Positions 51,881 through 64,000 of a stretch of 64,000 nt of DNA are shown here, in pieces; the stretch's first letter is position 1; the number at the start of each line of letters is the position of its first letter. The stretch comes from Raillietiella orientalis (taxonomy: Eukaryota): positions 558,001 through 622,000 of the forward strand of contig JAYWIR010000056.1 in NCBI GenBank assembly GCA_036172245.1, given 5' to 3'. A program made the position numbers and the translations under genes. Below the pieces are notes generated by a model. That model did no database searches, had not been told where the DNA came from, and was given only the letters and a program-made list of their open reading frames with translations.

Positions 51881-53133
51881 CCACGAGCAGCGTGCACTCG
51901 TGGAGGATTACGTTCCTGTCCGAAGATTCTGGATGAAACGGAAGAGCAACAACAGGATTCCCGATTATTAGAATGCATTTCTTTTAGAAGACCCCCCTCT
52001 CCTGGATTTTGAGAAAATAGGCGGGATGATGTCGAGTAATGGAAGAAGCGTAGAGAGCCGGAGCAGATGTACGAGGCGTATCTCAAAAGTAAGGGTGATC
52101 GGATATAAAGAAAGAACAAATAAGAGAAACAAAAATGCATGAGTGGCTCTAAACACGCACATCCCCAAGTCATTTTCCTACGCAGTTACCACTTTTGATA
52201 CCGTGGAACAAGCTTTTTGAAACCCTCTGCACAAAGCCGCCTGACGTCCCGATCCCTGCTAGTTCTCAACATGGAGTTCCCCCTCTCCCCCCTCCCCCCC
52301 TCTCTCTCTTCGGTTAGTGGGTTCCTGCCGGTTCCTGCAGAAGCTGATCGCCTTTAGGCATCGGTGCTCACTTCACAGTTCGAAGGAAATGTTTTGCTTT
52401 CGTTTCCGACTCCGGCGGGGCTCACAGAGGCCCTCTACGAATGGGGGTGGGTGGGTGGGAGGGGGTCTCCAAGGAAACGCAGGAGATGATTTCAACGTGT
52501 CTCGATCGGAAAGTTGCGGACAAAACATGCGCAAAGGGTCGTCGAACATTACAAAATAATAATAACAACAACAACGTTATTTCCCCGCTTCCGGCACTGT
52601 CGAGGGAGCTTTCCGGCTTCGTCTGGCTTCCCGTGTATAACGAGATGAACCGGCGGAGGACCGGCGGCAGGTGTGTGCCGCCGCGGTCCTCCATCTTCGT
52701 TTTCAGCTACACGCAACAGCAGCTGTGATGGCCGCACATACAGAAATGCGTTCTCCCGCGTGGTTCCGCCGTTTACTTGGCGGGAAACACCCGTGGCAAC
52801 GAGTTGACGCGGGTTGCTAGGATGAGGAATCGATGAGGCACACGTCCGCAACCGAAATCGAAAGTTACCCTAACGTGACAATCACGTGTGGCATTAGCGC
52901 ACAGCAGGTGAAATTCTGCAGTGTTTCGTGTGGATAGCCGTAAGCTGCCAACAACGACGACGACGAAAAAGGAAAAAGAAAAACAAAAGCAAAACAAAAA
53001 AACAAAAAAAAGGGAAAACAACATGGCAGCTGTCTTCTAAAGGCTCGACGTGCTGGCTTACGGGGCGTGGATTCAGCCACTTTTGACAGGGAATTAATGA
53101 CATTGCTTCCTTTGCACAGATCATTCAGGAGGA

Positions 53134-53229
53134 ATGACCATGAATGTTTCGGAAAATTACACAGACAGAATCATCCTCCCCAAACCTATCAAAGTGCCCC
53201 TCTGCTGCAAATCGAACGTGACACTCGAG
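53134..53229 (+). CDS. Possible first coding exon of the TPPP-like gene (MTMNVSENYTDRIILPKPIKVPLCCKSNVTLE)
   Basis: Preceded by a polypyrimidine/CAG acceptor ending at 53119. It ends at a GAG|GTTAGT donor in phase 0, compatible with the phase-0 exon at 60673. No homology evidence; the linkage is inference. Confidence 0.25.
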
Positions 53230-54049
53230 GTTAGTGGTTTCATATGTTACTCGAATAGGGTGGTTTCTGTGGTAACCTCCAGCAACTTCGATTTCGAAAA
53301 CGTGCAAAAAGATAAACATTGGGTTTCCGTTTACCTCGACAAGCGCGCTTCCCAAGAAGGACTTGGGTGAAACTCGAATTTTCGGGTGATTCAAATCAAC
53401 ATCCTTTCTTTCTTTTGGAACGGTACGCTGGCGGTGCTAAACGAATAAATATACCGAATGAATAATATGTCATCATCTACAGTCGCGTGAGACTTTGCGG
53501 CATTTGTTTCTCTTCGTTTTCGTCATTACTTGAGCAAAGCGCTAATCAGAGGCAGGCTAACTAATAGGTGGGACCGGTGAGAACTTGTCCGGATTTGAAA
53601 AGCCATCCCGTATCATCTCGAAGGCTGCAGCTGCACGAAGCCTTCATCTTGATGCCTGCGCGCTTAATCATGCAGGGATCTTAATAGCCTAATGATGAGT
53701 GCGTAAAAAGTGCGTGTTTGTGGTGTGTGTGTGTTTCGAAAACGTGACGTCATTCAGATACTTCTGACTATCTGAGCTGCAGTCAACGGTCCCCCCCGAA
53801 CTCGCCGATGATAACCTATAACCCTCTTGCCAAAGGCCACAAAACTTGGATGCGCGTCATGTGGATGACAGAGAATTCGCACCACCTGACGAAACCACTA
53901 AAACTCATGAAACCGTCAAAGTGCCCGCGTCGGCGGCCGCGTGGCTGCGGCCTCCGCACGTGGCAACGAGCGTCGCGGGTTCGAATCCCGACCGGGGAGG
54001 GATCGACGCCGACGAATGAGTGCGTCGTGGACCTCGAGTAGCTCCCCAC

Positions 54050-55272
54050 CCCCCTGAAGGATGACGCTGGCTGGACTGTAGGCTTCAGATGCCGCACCGG
54101 TGCAAGACCGGAAACTGTAGACTTCAGATGCCTCCGTTGAGCGGCCGGGATTGGAAGTCGATCCTGCGGGGGACCCTTCCAGGAACCAGGGAGCCGGTTC
54201 CCTTCGGAGTTCCCCTCCGACTGTGGAAACGGAGCCGCACCATGGAGCTGGTTGATGCTCTTCCGCGGGGGGCTGCATCTCCGGAGTATCACAAGAGCGC
54301 CGCAACCTTCGGAAAGCTCCCTGAAGAGAAATCGGCTAGCGTCCCTTCCGGGTTCATCTTCAGGGGAAGAAACAGGAAGCGGATCCTTTCCGGGTTGCCT
54401 CCGGACAAGAAATTCTAGGAACGGCCTTCGGGGTTCCCTCCCAAGCGTGAGAGGAACGGACGGAGCCCTTCCTGGATTCCCATAGAGTGGTCCCTCCGAG
54501 GTTCGCCTCCTATAACTTGAGAAGTTACATGCACCCTCGGGTGGCGTTTAAGAGCATCGGGAGTTCCTCTCGGGGGGGACTCACGAAACTCTTAAACGCT
54601 CCCAGGAGGGCGAACGGTTCTTCAGCACTCCTTGAGAGCCGAAAAAGAAAAGCCGTAAGGAAAGCAGCGGGAACGGAAGAACCACCCCAAATCTCCGTCA
54701 TCCAAACCTCAGGACCCTGCGACCCCGAGTGTCCCAACCGCCAAGGGCTTGTACGCTGGGGAGAGCTGCTCGGAATCCTCTGGAGGAGGTGGAGTGGTTC
54801 CCACCGTTCCGGAACAGCGGTACGCTCCTCCTCGAGTGGCAGGAGTGGAAGTTGGTGTTGTTGCTGCATGGGGGAATTCCAGGGAAAGAGCTCCTTTACC
54901 ATCGGAGACGGAGGAGCGTGGGCGCTCAGTGCGACAGGTGCGGGAAGAAAGAAACCCTCCCGAACCTGCCGTTGGACTGTGCTGCCTTCAGACCCCTTTG
55001 GGATCGCCTTTCTGCGACCCTAGGATCGCCAGTGGGGGCGCCCCCAGGGACATTTTCAGACACCTCTTCGTGCGTGCCGCACGGCCGCCACCAGCCGCGT
55101 CACTCGCAGTCTTTCAGCACTTTGAGAACCAAAAAAAGGACAACCCGGAAAAAAAGAAAAGAAAGCAGGAAGGAAAGCGGAGAAAACAGAAGAATCCGAG
55201 ATAATTTCCGTTATCGTAGGCCAATAATGACAACCTCCCCATGAGGTAGCTACTGACCTTTGAATTAAAAAA
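54050..55272 (+). mobile_element. Retroelement-derived unit: hairpin array, lineage B-like zinc-motif fragment, A-rich 3' UTR and terminal hairpin
   Basis: CDRCGKKETLPNLPLDCAAFRPLWDRLSATL resembles 23323..23745. Segments 54150-54485 and 55130-55272 are homologous to 8010-8580 and 8720-8880. Confidence 0.7.
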
Positions 55273-58200
55273 CATTAAACACGACACATATTTGAAATTT
55301 TGACTCCCCCTTTTTTAGTCTTATAGTTGAAAATAAACCGCTAGAGTATTTAATTCGACTCCTTTATTTTTATTATGGACACTAGCATGCGTTCATCAGT
55401 AGTAAATATTTGACCAGGAGGTGAATCCATCACTTGAAAAAATGTGTGCGACAAAAACACTCGAATCGCAGTGAGGAGGAAGGAAAGGCAGGTTTCAAAG
55501 AAATAAAGTAAGAATTGAAGTCTAGGACGAGGGACTACAGCTATATGGGAAGTTGCTATTCCCCCCTCCCCCCCCTCCCACCGCCCAGATTTGCACTTCG
55601 AATCCACTCGCCATGAAGAGTTGCTTGGCTCGTTGGAAAACTAAATGGAAACAACGGAATAGTAATTGCATCTAATGATGGAGAAGAAATGCGAAAGAAT
55701 GAAAAACAGAGGTGCTATCATGATGTGCATTAGCGACCAGACTTTTTTTTTTTTTTCATCCCGCCATGTCAACTATCTCTTGTAGACGTCTTTTACCAGC
55801 GGGAGTCGAACAAGCAGCCATCGAAAAGGAATGCCGATCGTATCTGTCGAAGTCTTTTCTCGAAAACGAGAGCAGCGACGGCAGTGCCGGCAGTCTCCAG
55901 CCCGCCGCGAGGAACAGTGCGGCAAGTTGGGCTGAGAACACTTGCCGAAGTTTCCAGTGGACTAGTCAGTGAGGGCTTCCAGGAATCTTCCAATCAAACC
56001 ACCCCCGTCATGAGTGGCAGTGTTCTTCGATCGACTCAGGGAACGGTACTTCGGAAAGCATTTGAGAAAACGACTGTTGTTGTGTTGCTCAGGCAGCATT
56101 TTAATCTGATTATAAGAAGAATAGGAAAGGTTAAAAAGATCGTCGTCGTCGTACATGACTTCCCCCTTCATCTCCGAGAAATTCGATTGGTGGTACTCGT
56201 GAAGAAAAGGCCCCCCTAAATCTTCTTTCCCTAAGTTTGCGTTTCTGATGCCTCATAGATCACCATGTCGAGGATCCCGAACTATTTCCTGATGAGACTT
56301 CCCAAAGCCACATCGGTCTGTTCTCGAATGCATCACCCAGTTGTGCTTTAATCTGACTGCTCCCGTTGTGACCCTCACCTCTGCTGTGACCACACTCAGA
56401 GTTGACTTTCGGTTTCGAAAGCTCCAACCCGAATACCCTCGAATGCACCACACCCGCTCGCTTATTCCAAATCGAAGGAACACAAAATCGGGAGCTAAGG
56501 TTCGGCGGCGTTCGATGCCTGACGCCGATGACGAGAGGTCCCTACCGGAATGGGGTGCACGAAAACGGGCTTAAATCGCGAGAGTCCTCGGGCCCATTCA
56601 CTGTGCAACTTTTCACCATTCTTTCCCTCGCACCATCATGACCGGACTTGTCGGGGAAAAGCCGGAGGAGGAAAGAGAAGGAAAAGCCGGAAGACTGCTT
56701 TCTTTAGCGGCTCTGATCTCTCGGAAGAACTGGGACCACTCCTCTCAGTTTCTTGTGGCGCTCGATAGTGCCGATTTGCTTTCCTAAACAAAGGGGGCGA
56801 TCAGTGGTTCCATTTTGAGTTCACTAATATTTTTCTCTGGATGCCAGTGTGTTGGTACTGATGACCGGAGAGCTTGCTCTGCTCGTAAATCACTCGCAAA
56901 AGCAGTTAGCAGGGATCCTTTGGCTCCACCTTTGCGACCTTAGCTCGAAGTGAACACCAAGCCTCTCATCACGTGTGATGTGCCACATTACCACACAGGA
57001 GAGCGAACACGTTTGTTTTCGATCTCGGTCTGTGACACCTCGATCGCTCTGCCTGGTTCTCCCTCTCTTCTTGAGCTCCTGAACGGCTTCTATCCGCCAT
57101 CGTGGAAGCTAGAGATGCGTGCAAATCCTGATCCTGTTAGGTAGACGAAGGTTCTTTTCCGATCTAACAGCTTTTAGAGCATCCTTGATTTCATTTCTTG
57201 TCATCTTAGAGATCCTCGATCAATCCAAAAATTTTATCCACCCCCCCCCCCTCCCCCCACACTATCACCACCCAAGAAAATCCTCTGGAGCTATCAGAAA
57301 TCCTTTATTGCGTGCTATTCTTATCTTGAAGATCGCAGGTTCATGCTTTGACTCCTCTGCCGACTCCAGACTTTTGAGTTCCCAAATCACCATTCCTGTC
57401 GACTCTTTGAACGGTTTCTATTGCCTCGCTGAGTCACAGCCTCCTCTCTCCAATTCATTTTCGTGCTGGCGGTCGTGCTGAGACCGATCGTTTCGGAGCA
57501 GCCCAAAGGAAACGATGCTGGTGAATCGAGCCAGTCGGACCGCTCGTAATGGGTCCACTTTCGGACTCATGATGATTGGTGTAGGTGTAGGTGGAATTTT
57601 CTTCGATCGATCAGGAGAACTCTGACGGACTCGCATCTTGAAGGACACCGGGAAGATTCTGGAATTCGCGTAGAAGACGGACATTCACGAAAAAAAATAT
57701 AAAGGCAAAGATCGATCAAAGGTGAGACAGCAGAGCGCAAGACCGGAGAAGAGGAGCCCTCCGCACAGCTGAAAGCTGTCGCGGAGGAAGACATTGAGAA
57801 AAGGGTGCGAAGGACATCGTCACCTGGCAACGCATCGTCCCAATTTGCCTTCGCTTCCATCTCTGCTTCACAGCGAGCAGTGTTGCATGGTGGAGAGATG
57901 GCAACACTACTCAAATGAAACGCCTTTTGAAGTGGACCCACGTAAAAACGCGTGTGGCTCAGCCCGGGAGTGGCCAGAAAACTGACAGGACTTTCGAACC
58001 AGAAAGCGACCTGAAAAAATTCGGCACTGCGACGCCTACATTCGCGGTCATCGGGATGCGAGGGCCAAGTCCACGCGCATGTGATGACCGAAGAAAGTGG
58101 GCCCGCTTGCCATTCGCGACGGCCAAGTCAGACTCCTCCTTCCCGAGGGGAGCCGTGTTCGGCCTCGATGGACTGAGGGTTTCCGAACTCCTTCTGCAAA

Positions 58201-60672
58201 GAGCTCGCGGCTGCTCCCTAGGGCTTCTTCGACCTGTTGAGGAGACGTGAGAGGCTCACCGCTTCTGGCAAACTACTCCTCCACGAGGTTGGGTGACGAA
58301 GGGATTTCTTTCTTGGATTTGCCCCTCGGCAGGCGCCCCCGCTTCCCCAGAGTGACTCCGGCCCAGCACAACCACTCCCTTTCCCCTACCTCCACCTCCA
58401 CCGAACGAAACGAGGTGGTGCCTCGGAAGATCCGAGTCCTCGGCAGCCTCGCGGCCGCAGCTGAGGGGATCCGGCCGAACGGAAAGACGGCATGACGTCA
58501 CGGGACGACCGACATACAAGGGCGGGTCCAAGGCCACGAAGAAGCCGCTGCTGCGGATGTTCCCAGCTGCTCGCAGTCTTCCCGTGGCCGCGAAGCTCGT
58601 GCTAGCGGGAGGGGGGTTACGCGTGCAGGTGCCCCTCCACGGAACTCACGGGGATCCCCCTTTCCCCCAGATGGCAGCGCAGGAGTCTCCCTTCTTCGCG
58701 AGGGAACTGGTCTGCCGGTTCTTACTCCGGCGAACGGAGAGGTCCCCGCTATCCGCCCCTGGTGGCGAGGAGCTCGACGTGGTCCGGTGAGTGACCAGCG
58801 CCCGCGACCCGAGCCGCCCCGCTCTAACACGGGAGACGTCTTCCTTCCTCGCTTGCTCCTCCGGGTTTGCTTCCATTTGTCGTCGCGAGAGCCTCGTTGC
58901 GGTTGTCAGAGGCGCGCCAGCTCCCCCATCTCCGGGACGAAGTGACTCCTTCCTTCCCCTCCCAGAGCCGCTGGGGCCTGATGACAGGGACGACGAGCAA
59001 GGTCGCTCCTCAGTCCCCTTTGTCGGGGGAAGTCCTCGCCCACCTGGTGGATCCATTCGGATCGATCCACAACGAGGCCTCTGCCCGAGACCTCCCTTCC
59101 TCCGCCACTGCCCAGCGAGTCGAACAGTCCGCCAGCCTCGTGCGACCCGGAGGATGCTGCCTCGCTCTTCGCGGCTCCCGTAGCACCCGGAGGCACTCGG
59201 ACGCGGAAACCGATCGGCAGCCATGTGCTGTTGTAGCTGCTCTCGAGCGTCGTCTTTTGCTCACATTTCTCTGAAGGTCTGCTCATGTTCTGGAGGTCTT
59301 CGAGAGGTCTCTCGTCTTCAAGAGAGGTCGCCACCGAATTGCCTGGTCGCAGATTTGACGAATCACATGTTCCCCTTTCAGATTAAAAAAACGAAAAACA
59401 AAAAACGCGCTTCGAGACTTTCTATGCATGCGCGCACGTTTTCCTTGTTTCTTCAAAACTGCAGGGGAAAAGGTAGAGAGGCGTTTCGTGGATTCTGCAG
59501 TGCTGGAGGATGGAAGGAGCACGCAAAACGAAAGCGCAGAAGAAAAATCCGCTCGGCTTCTTCGGTTCTCACCAGTCCAGCAGAACATACGGGGGGGAAT
59601 CTAGAGCTCCTATACTCGCCCGGGAACCACGCAACCATCCTTGCGCTGAACTCATCTTCCGGAAACCTCGAATCTCATGATCGTCTCCCGAATTCAGCGT
59701 CCTTCGCTGGAAACTTGCAGCGCCGGTCGCAACTCCGTTTTGCTAGGCCCCTCCGAAAGCGTTGGCTGCTCCCGACTGGTGTTTCGTCTTCCACATGCGG
59801 CTGCACTAGGCGGTGTCTTTTCTTCGGCAGTGTCTTTTTTTCTTCTGGGAACTCAATAGGTTTCCTTCCTTCTTGTTTTATCCGTTTGCCCGTCGCAGTG
59901 TCTGATCCTCAGCATCCTTTCATCTGTGAGTCATCTCGTTTAGTGACTGCCAGGACATGCCCTCGTTGGAGCGCCATCACTGCTTTGAGCTTAAAGGAGC
60001 TCAAAAAGCGCTGACCTCCGAGGTCATCCGGCTTCGTAAGTTCCAGATCGCTGAACTAACATAACCGCTCCCTGGTTTTCGACCATTCTAGAATGCCTCA
60101 AACCCCTCTCGCCCTCTTCTTTTTCCCCTCCGAAGTTCTCATTCGCGCACTGCAAAAGCTTGTGACGGGCGACGGCCATGACGCTCTGGCGTTGAACTGT
60201 CTCTTACGCAAGAGCCAGCACGCGAAAACCAGCGATGACACTTGCTCAAAGCTGGAAACACAGACTACACTTCACTCCAATGCATTATTTACAATTGGAA
60301 GCGGCATTTAGAAATGAGATGTGATGGGTTTGCTTCGCCATGAGTCTTGCACATCTGTTGGCTGCATGTGACGCCGTCCCCTCCTTTTAGACGCTCTGCT
60401 GACGTTCGAAGGCAGCTCGCTTCCGGGAGACTGCGTTTGCTCGGACTTGCAATGATGAGTGCCGGATTAAATAAATGGACAAATAAATAAACGTATGAAT
60501 TCAGTCCGCTACTGTTGACCTCCTGCAGTCCGTTTGCGCTTACCATCGTTGCACCACGTGCCCGTCCTTCTGAGAAGGGGGATCGCAGATGAACTACCGC
60601 TTTTGAAAATTAGCGCGACCTCCCACACAGCTTTTCCTTTGTTTTCTTATTTTCACCAGAATGTGTTGACAG

Positions 60673-60857
60673 GGAGAAGAGCACATATCTCTCGAAGTTA
60701 TATTCAAAGCCTACGCAGTGAATGACCACCACGAGAAACCACCTCTGCGACACACCATCTCCCTGACCCAGAGCAATGTTTGGCTGCATCGCGCCGGGCT
60801 ACTCGACGGCCGCCGCGTCACCACGACCGACACCGGAGTGGAGTTTTCCAAATTCAG
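60673..60857 (+). CDS. Internal exon of a TPPP/p25-alpha (tubulin polymerization-promoting protein) family gene
   Basis: An exon bounded by gacag| and |GTCAGT encodes GEEHISLEVIFKAYAVNDHHEKPPLRHTISLTQSNVWLHRAGLLDGRRVTTTDTGVEFSKF. This matches the arthropod TPPP pattern (F..FA...ITLSQSDKW...A..IDG.K.TTTDTG..F.K). Downstream exons were not identified in the window. Confidence 0.8.
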
Positions 60858-61399
60858 GTCAGTCCACGTAAAAAGTACGCAGGCCAGAGCGATCGCGTCT
60901 GTTCCTGAACCGGGGACCGTCGTCCTCTCAACGGTTGCCTGCCTCCCGCCTGAACATTCGATTAGCGTCTGGTGACCTTCTCCGGCGCAGTTCACGCAAG
61001 CGTGCATGGCGTTTTCGTCTTCCCCGTTTGATTCGGTGCTGCCACGTCATTGCTATCAAAACGCCTCTCTGAAACAGCGCGCTGCGTTCGGGGGATCCCA
61101 AACAGACCCAATGCCGAGTCCGATCGGAAGGGCGGAAAAGTAGAGATCGCGGTGAGTGTTGGAAACCATCGAAACCAACGGCATTTCCCTCTGACGTGCC
61201 TCGTACCGATCAGCAGCAGAAGAAGAAAAAAAAAGAATCCCTGAATCGTCCATTTTTCACGGAGACATGAAAGAGAAATCTTCTCCCGGATATCCTGGGT
61301 GGATTCAAGATAAACGAAAAGAGTAAACACGGGAAACTCAGTGCTCGCAGATGTGAAACATTCTCGAAACATCGACATGGAGCTGTGGGACTCTTCAAG

Positions 61400-62880
61400 A
61401 GTTCAAAGCCGAAGCTACGGGAGTTCGGGATGTTTTTCTGAGCTGTCTGCAAACGATTTGCACCTCAGGGGTCGAGTTTTGGCGTGGAGTGCGAGCAGAG
61501 AAGGGAACGCCTCCGAAGAGGCGGTTCTTTCTGGGCCTGAGTTCCAGGACACCTGCTGTGGTGTGGCGAGACCAGGCACTTCTGCGACGACAAGACCGGG
61601 GGGTTCCCCGAACGCGCCTCGCTCGAACCGGGGCGCGGTTCCTCACCGGAAATACGCGCGAGGGGATGAAGCAACCAGAGGTTTCTGCGGCTTGTGGCCG
61701 GCCACAGCAATCTCGACTGCCTTTTTCGCGATCTTGCGGACGCTGCGCCGTCCGCTTCCGAGGCCTCCGCTAATCCTTCCCTTCCTGGATTCGATTTTCC
61801 GGTCCCAACTGTGCCTAATTGAGCCGCGCCTCACCTTCGCAAGATTTGCAGTTTGCGGTTTCGGTTCCTTTTCCTGTTCGAATTGGAGCCATGCCATCCT
61901 CCCCCGAGCATTTCGCCTCGGTCCACGTCCCTCGCAAGGAACTGAAGTTTCGGTGCGGGAACTTGCCGTGAATTTCCTGCGGTCATCGTGCATCCTTGCG
62001 GCCTCCACTCCCGCAACTCTCCACCGCCTGGGCGCAAGGACTGAAGACGTCTGGCTCCCGTCTGAGCTGCGCCCTCAGCCTGCTAAAAATCTCTTTCGTT
62101 GACGGCATTCCTCCACGAACCAAAGGGATGAAGCTGAGACAGAGCCCAACGCCTGGCTTCCTGTAGCTCATCCTTGACGATTTTTCCCTAGGCCTTGTAT
62201 TCTGGTGCCGACTGTCAAGGAACAAACTGTGGACATCCTTTCAAAGTAGTCCTTCCAGAGTTGGATTTTTTGTGATCTTCTCACACGTGTGGTTCCTCCT
62301 TCCCGGATCTCTTTGTCACTCTGGATCTTTATTTCCTTTTTTTTTTTAAATTTTTCCTTGCATTTTTTTTTTTTTTTGTGTGAGGGAGGGGAGGGGGATC
62401 TCCACTGTAGGAATCCTCCTTCTTTCCATTCTCATTCCATGGATGGTATTCGCGACAGCGCTGTTTCCATCTGGCATTCCTACGACAGTCGCGACAAGGG
62501 TCCTCCGTTTGTCATCCGCTGATTTCAAGCATCCCCAATAACTTCTGCGATTCTGTGCGGGACGCCGGAACCACGACACCCGGTTGAGCAGAAAAACGGC
62601 GAGGATTTTTTCATGCTGTTCGATTCCTCTCAGAGTCCGGAAGAGAAATTGTGACCGCCGTGCCTTGCGACCTTGCGCCAAGCAAGTCCGTTTGACTCCA
62701 AAGACTTTGCCGACACTGCTCAAGAGAACGTGAGTGAAAGGCGCAGGTAATCGGAAGAAGCGGCTTTCCATTTCGGTTTTGAAACGAAAAGACAGAACCA
62801 AGAGAGGAAGAGAGGGCAAAACCAACGCCGATGGTAGTTGGAGGCAGCACTGCCATCTTCAGGACGGACGCGTCCAAAAA
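61400..62880 (-). mobile_element. Probable decayed non-LTR ORF2 remnant
   Basis: The minus-strand peptide IRHSWDRKIESRKGRISGGLG resembles the W...GGLG motif after LINE RT. The sequence is GC-rich and stop-ridden. Weak evidence. Confidence 0.3.
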
Positions 62881-63566
62881 TTATGAATAACAGCAGATGA
62901 TGCGTTCCAACTCACAGCCACGAAGGAAAATCTCTTGTTCTTTCAGTTTCTTCCGTCATTTAAAATTGAACGAACGCAGGTAGGCAGTGAATTGCAGCTT
63001 CTTTGTCTCTCCGTTCGCAGCAACGGACGCCGTTGATAGCTCAGAGCGCTAGGACTTCGGTCCGAGTGCACTGACCAAACATCCATCCCCATTTGCATGT
63101 CGTCGATCAAATTTTTTTTTTGTTCTTGCGTGCGGACACAGAAGAGATTCTGCTAGCTGTTCCATTCATCCGAAATCCACTTTCGCCCTTTTCGTCCTCC
63201 CAGAATGTGAACCTCGGACAGAGATTGTTCCAAACCCTCTCGGCCGGATTTCATCCGCAGACATCGATTCGCGGCTTTCCCGACCTTAGAGTCCGAATTT
63301 CCCTGCCGCCTTCAGCTTGCCGGCATCGAGAATTTCGGTGTTTGTAAGGAAGAAAAAAGAAAATCTGTCGTGTTTTTTTCGAACACGCGCGACCCTTTCA
63401 AGAATGCTCCGGTCTCTTCCCACCCCATCACGTGAGATGCGATGATGTCCAATCTGTCAACACATCGAAGATGCCATCGCTAATTCAAGGAGTTCAGGTA
63501 TCCACACGTCTGGCAGGGATTGATGGAATCCCATCAATCGAGAGTTGCGCGTGATGCCACGGGGAC

Positions 63567-63570
<4 letters not shown>

Positions 63571-63623
<53 letters not shown>

Positions 63624-63628
63624 TGTGT
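63571..63628. repeat. Compound microsatellite (CT)18(GT)11
   Basis: Directly visible in the sequence. Confidence 0.97.
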
Positions 63629-64000
63629 TTCGTCTCGTTCGTCTCTCTGCGCGATTTGCCCGGAGACAGGGCTTGGCTGTGTGCGGCAATTTTTCGGTTT
63701 CACTCCATGAGAACGAACACCTCTCTCACAGGTCCATTCGCGTTCTTCATGTTTCGTCCAGTGGCTTCTGTGAATATCCGCTCGCATTTTCCTTCCCTTC
63801 AGCAACTGCGGGGTGGAGTTTGTCTTCTGAAGTCCAGATTAGACTGGCGTGTTTCTTCCTTCCTTGGGGTCAAGACGTGCTTGCGCCACGGAACCAGGCA
63901 TTCGTGCAACCGCCAGGCAGCATCCTTAAGCCTGTCTACCACTACCCATGCAGGTTGCGGGCCCGTCACAAGTATCGTGATTTACGCGAAACTCTTTCAG

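Noticed and set aside
61341..62102. 253-aa ORF as the continuation of the TPPP gene
   Set aside because: Only vague resemblance (LADVKHSRNID, PGTSATT) with wrong spacing, and no splice path from the phase-2 donor at 60857 was established.

Overview
Animal (probably arthropod-grade invertebrate) nuclear DNA. An AT-rich core (~17.9-41 kb) holds three intact minus-strand spliced genes that can be assembled by hand: Rab40 (SOCS-box Rab, 5 exons), the selenoprotein MsrB1/SelR (4 exons, in-frame UGA Sec codon, clear SECIS in the 3' UTR) and AGFG1/drongo (ArfGAP with NPF motifs, 10 exons). Most of their introns are only 45-74 nt. One TPPP/p25-alpha exon lies on the + strand near 60.7 kb. The GC-richer flanks (~1.5-17.8 kb, 22-25 kb, 41-64 kb) are mostly decayed non-LTR (L1/Tx1-like) retrotransposon fragments from at least two lineages. 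Two signals are unexplained. (i) An unrecognised three-copy ORF family shares a gapless 44-codon Cys/Trp motif; two divergent copies keep an in-frame TGA at the same position (TGG in the third), with synonymous-type conservation on both sides, suggesting stop-codon recoding. (ii) An array of covarying GC-rich hairpins occurs in two copies of a retroelement. All calls are by eye and from remembered family features; no searches or folding programs were run.
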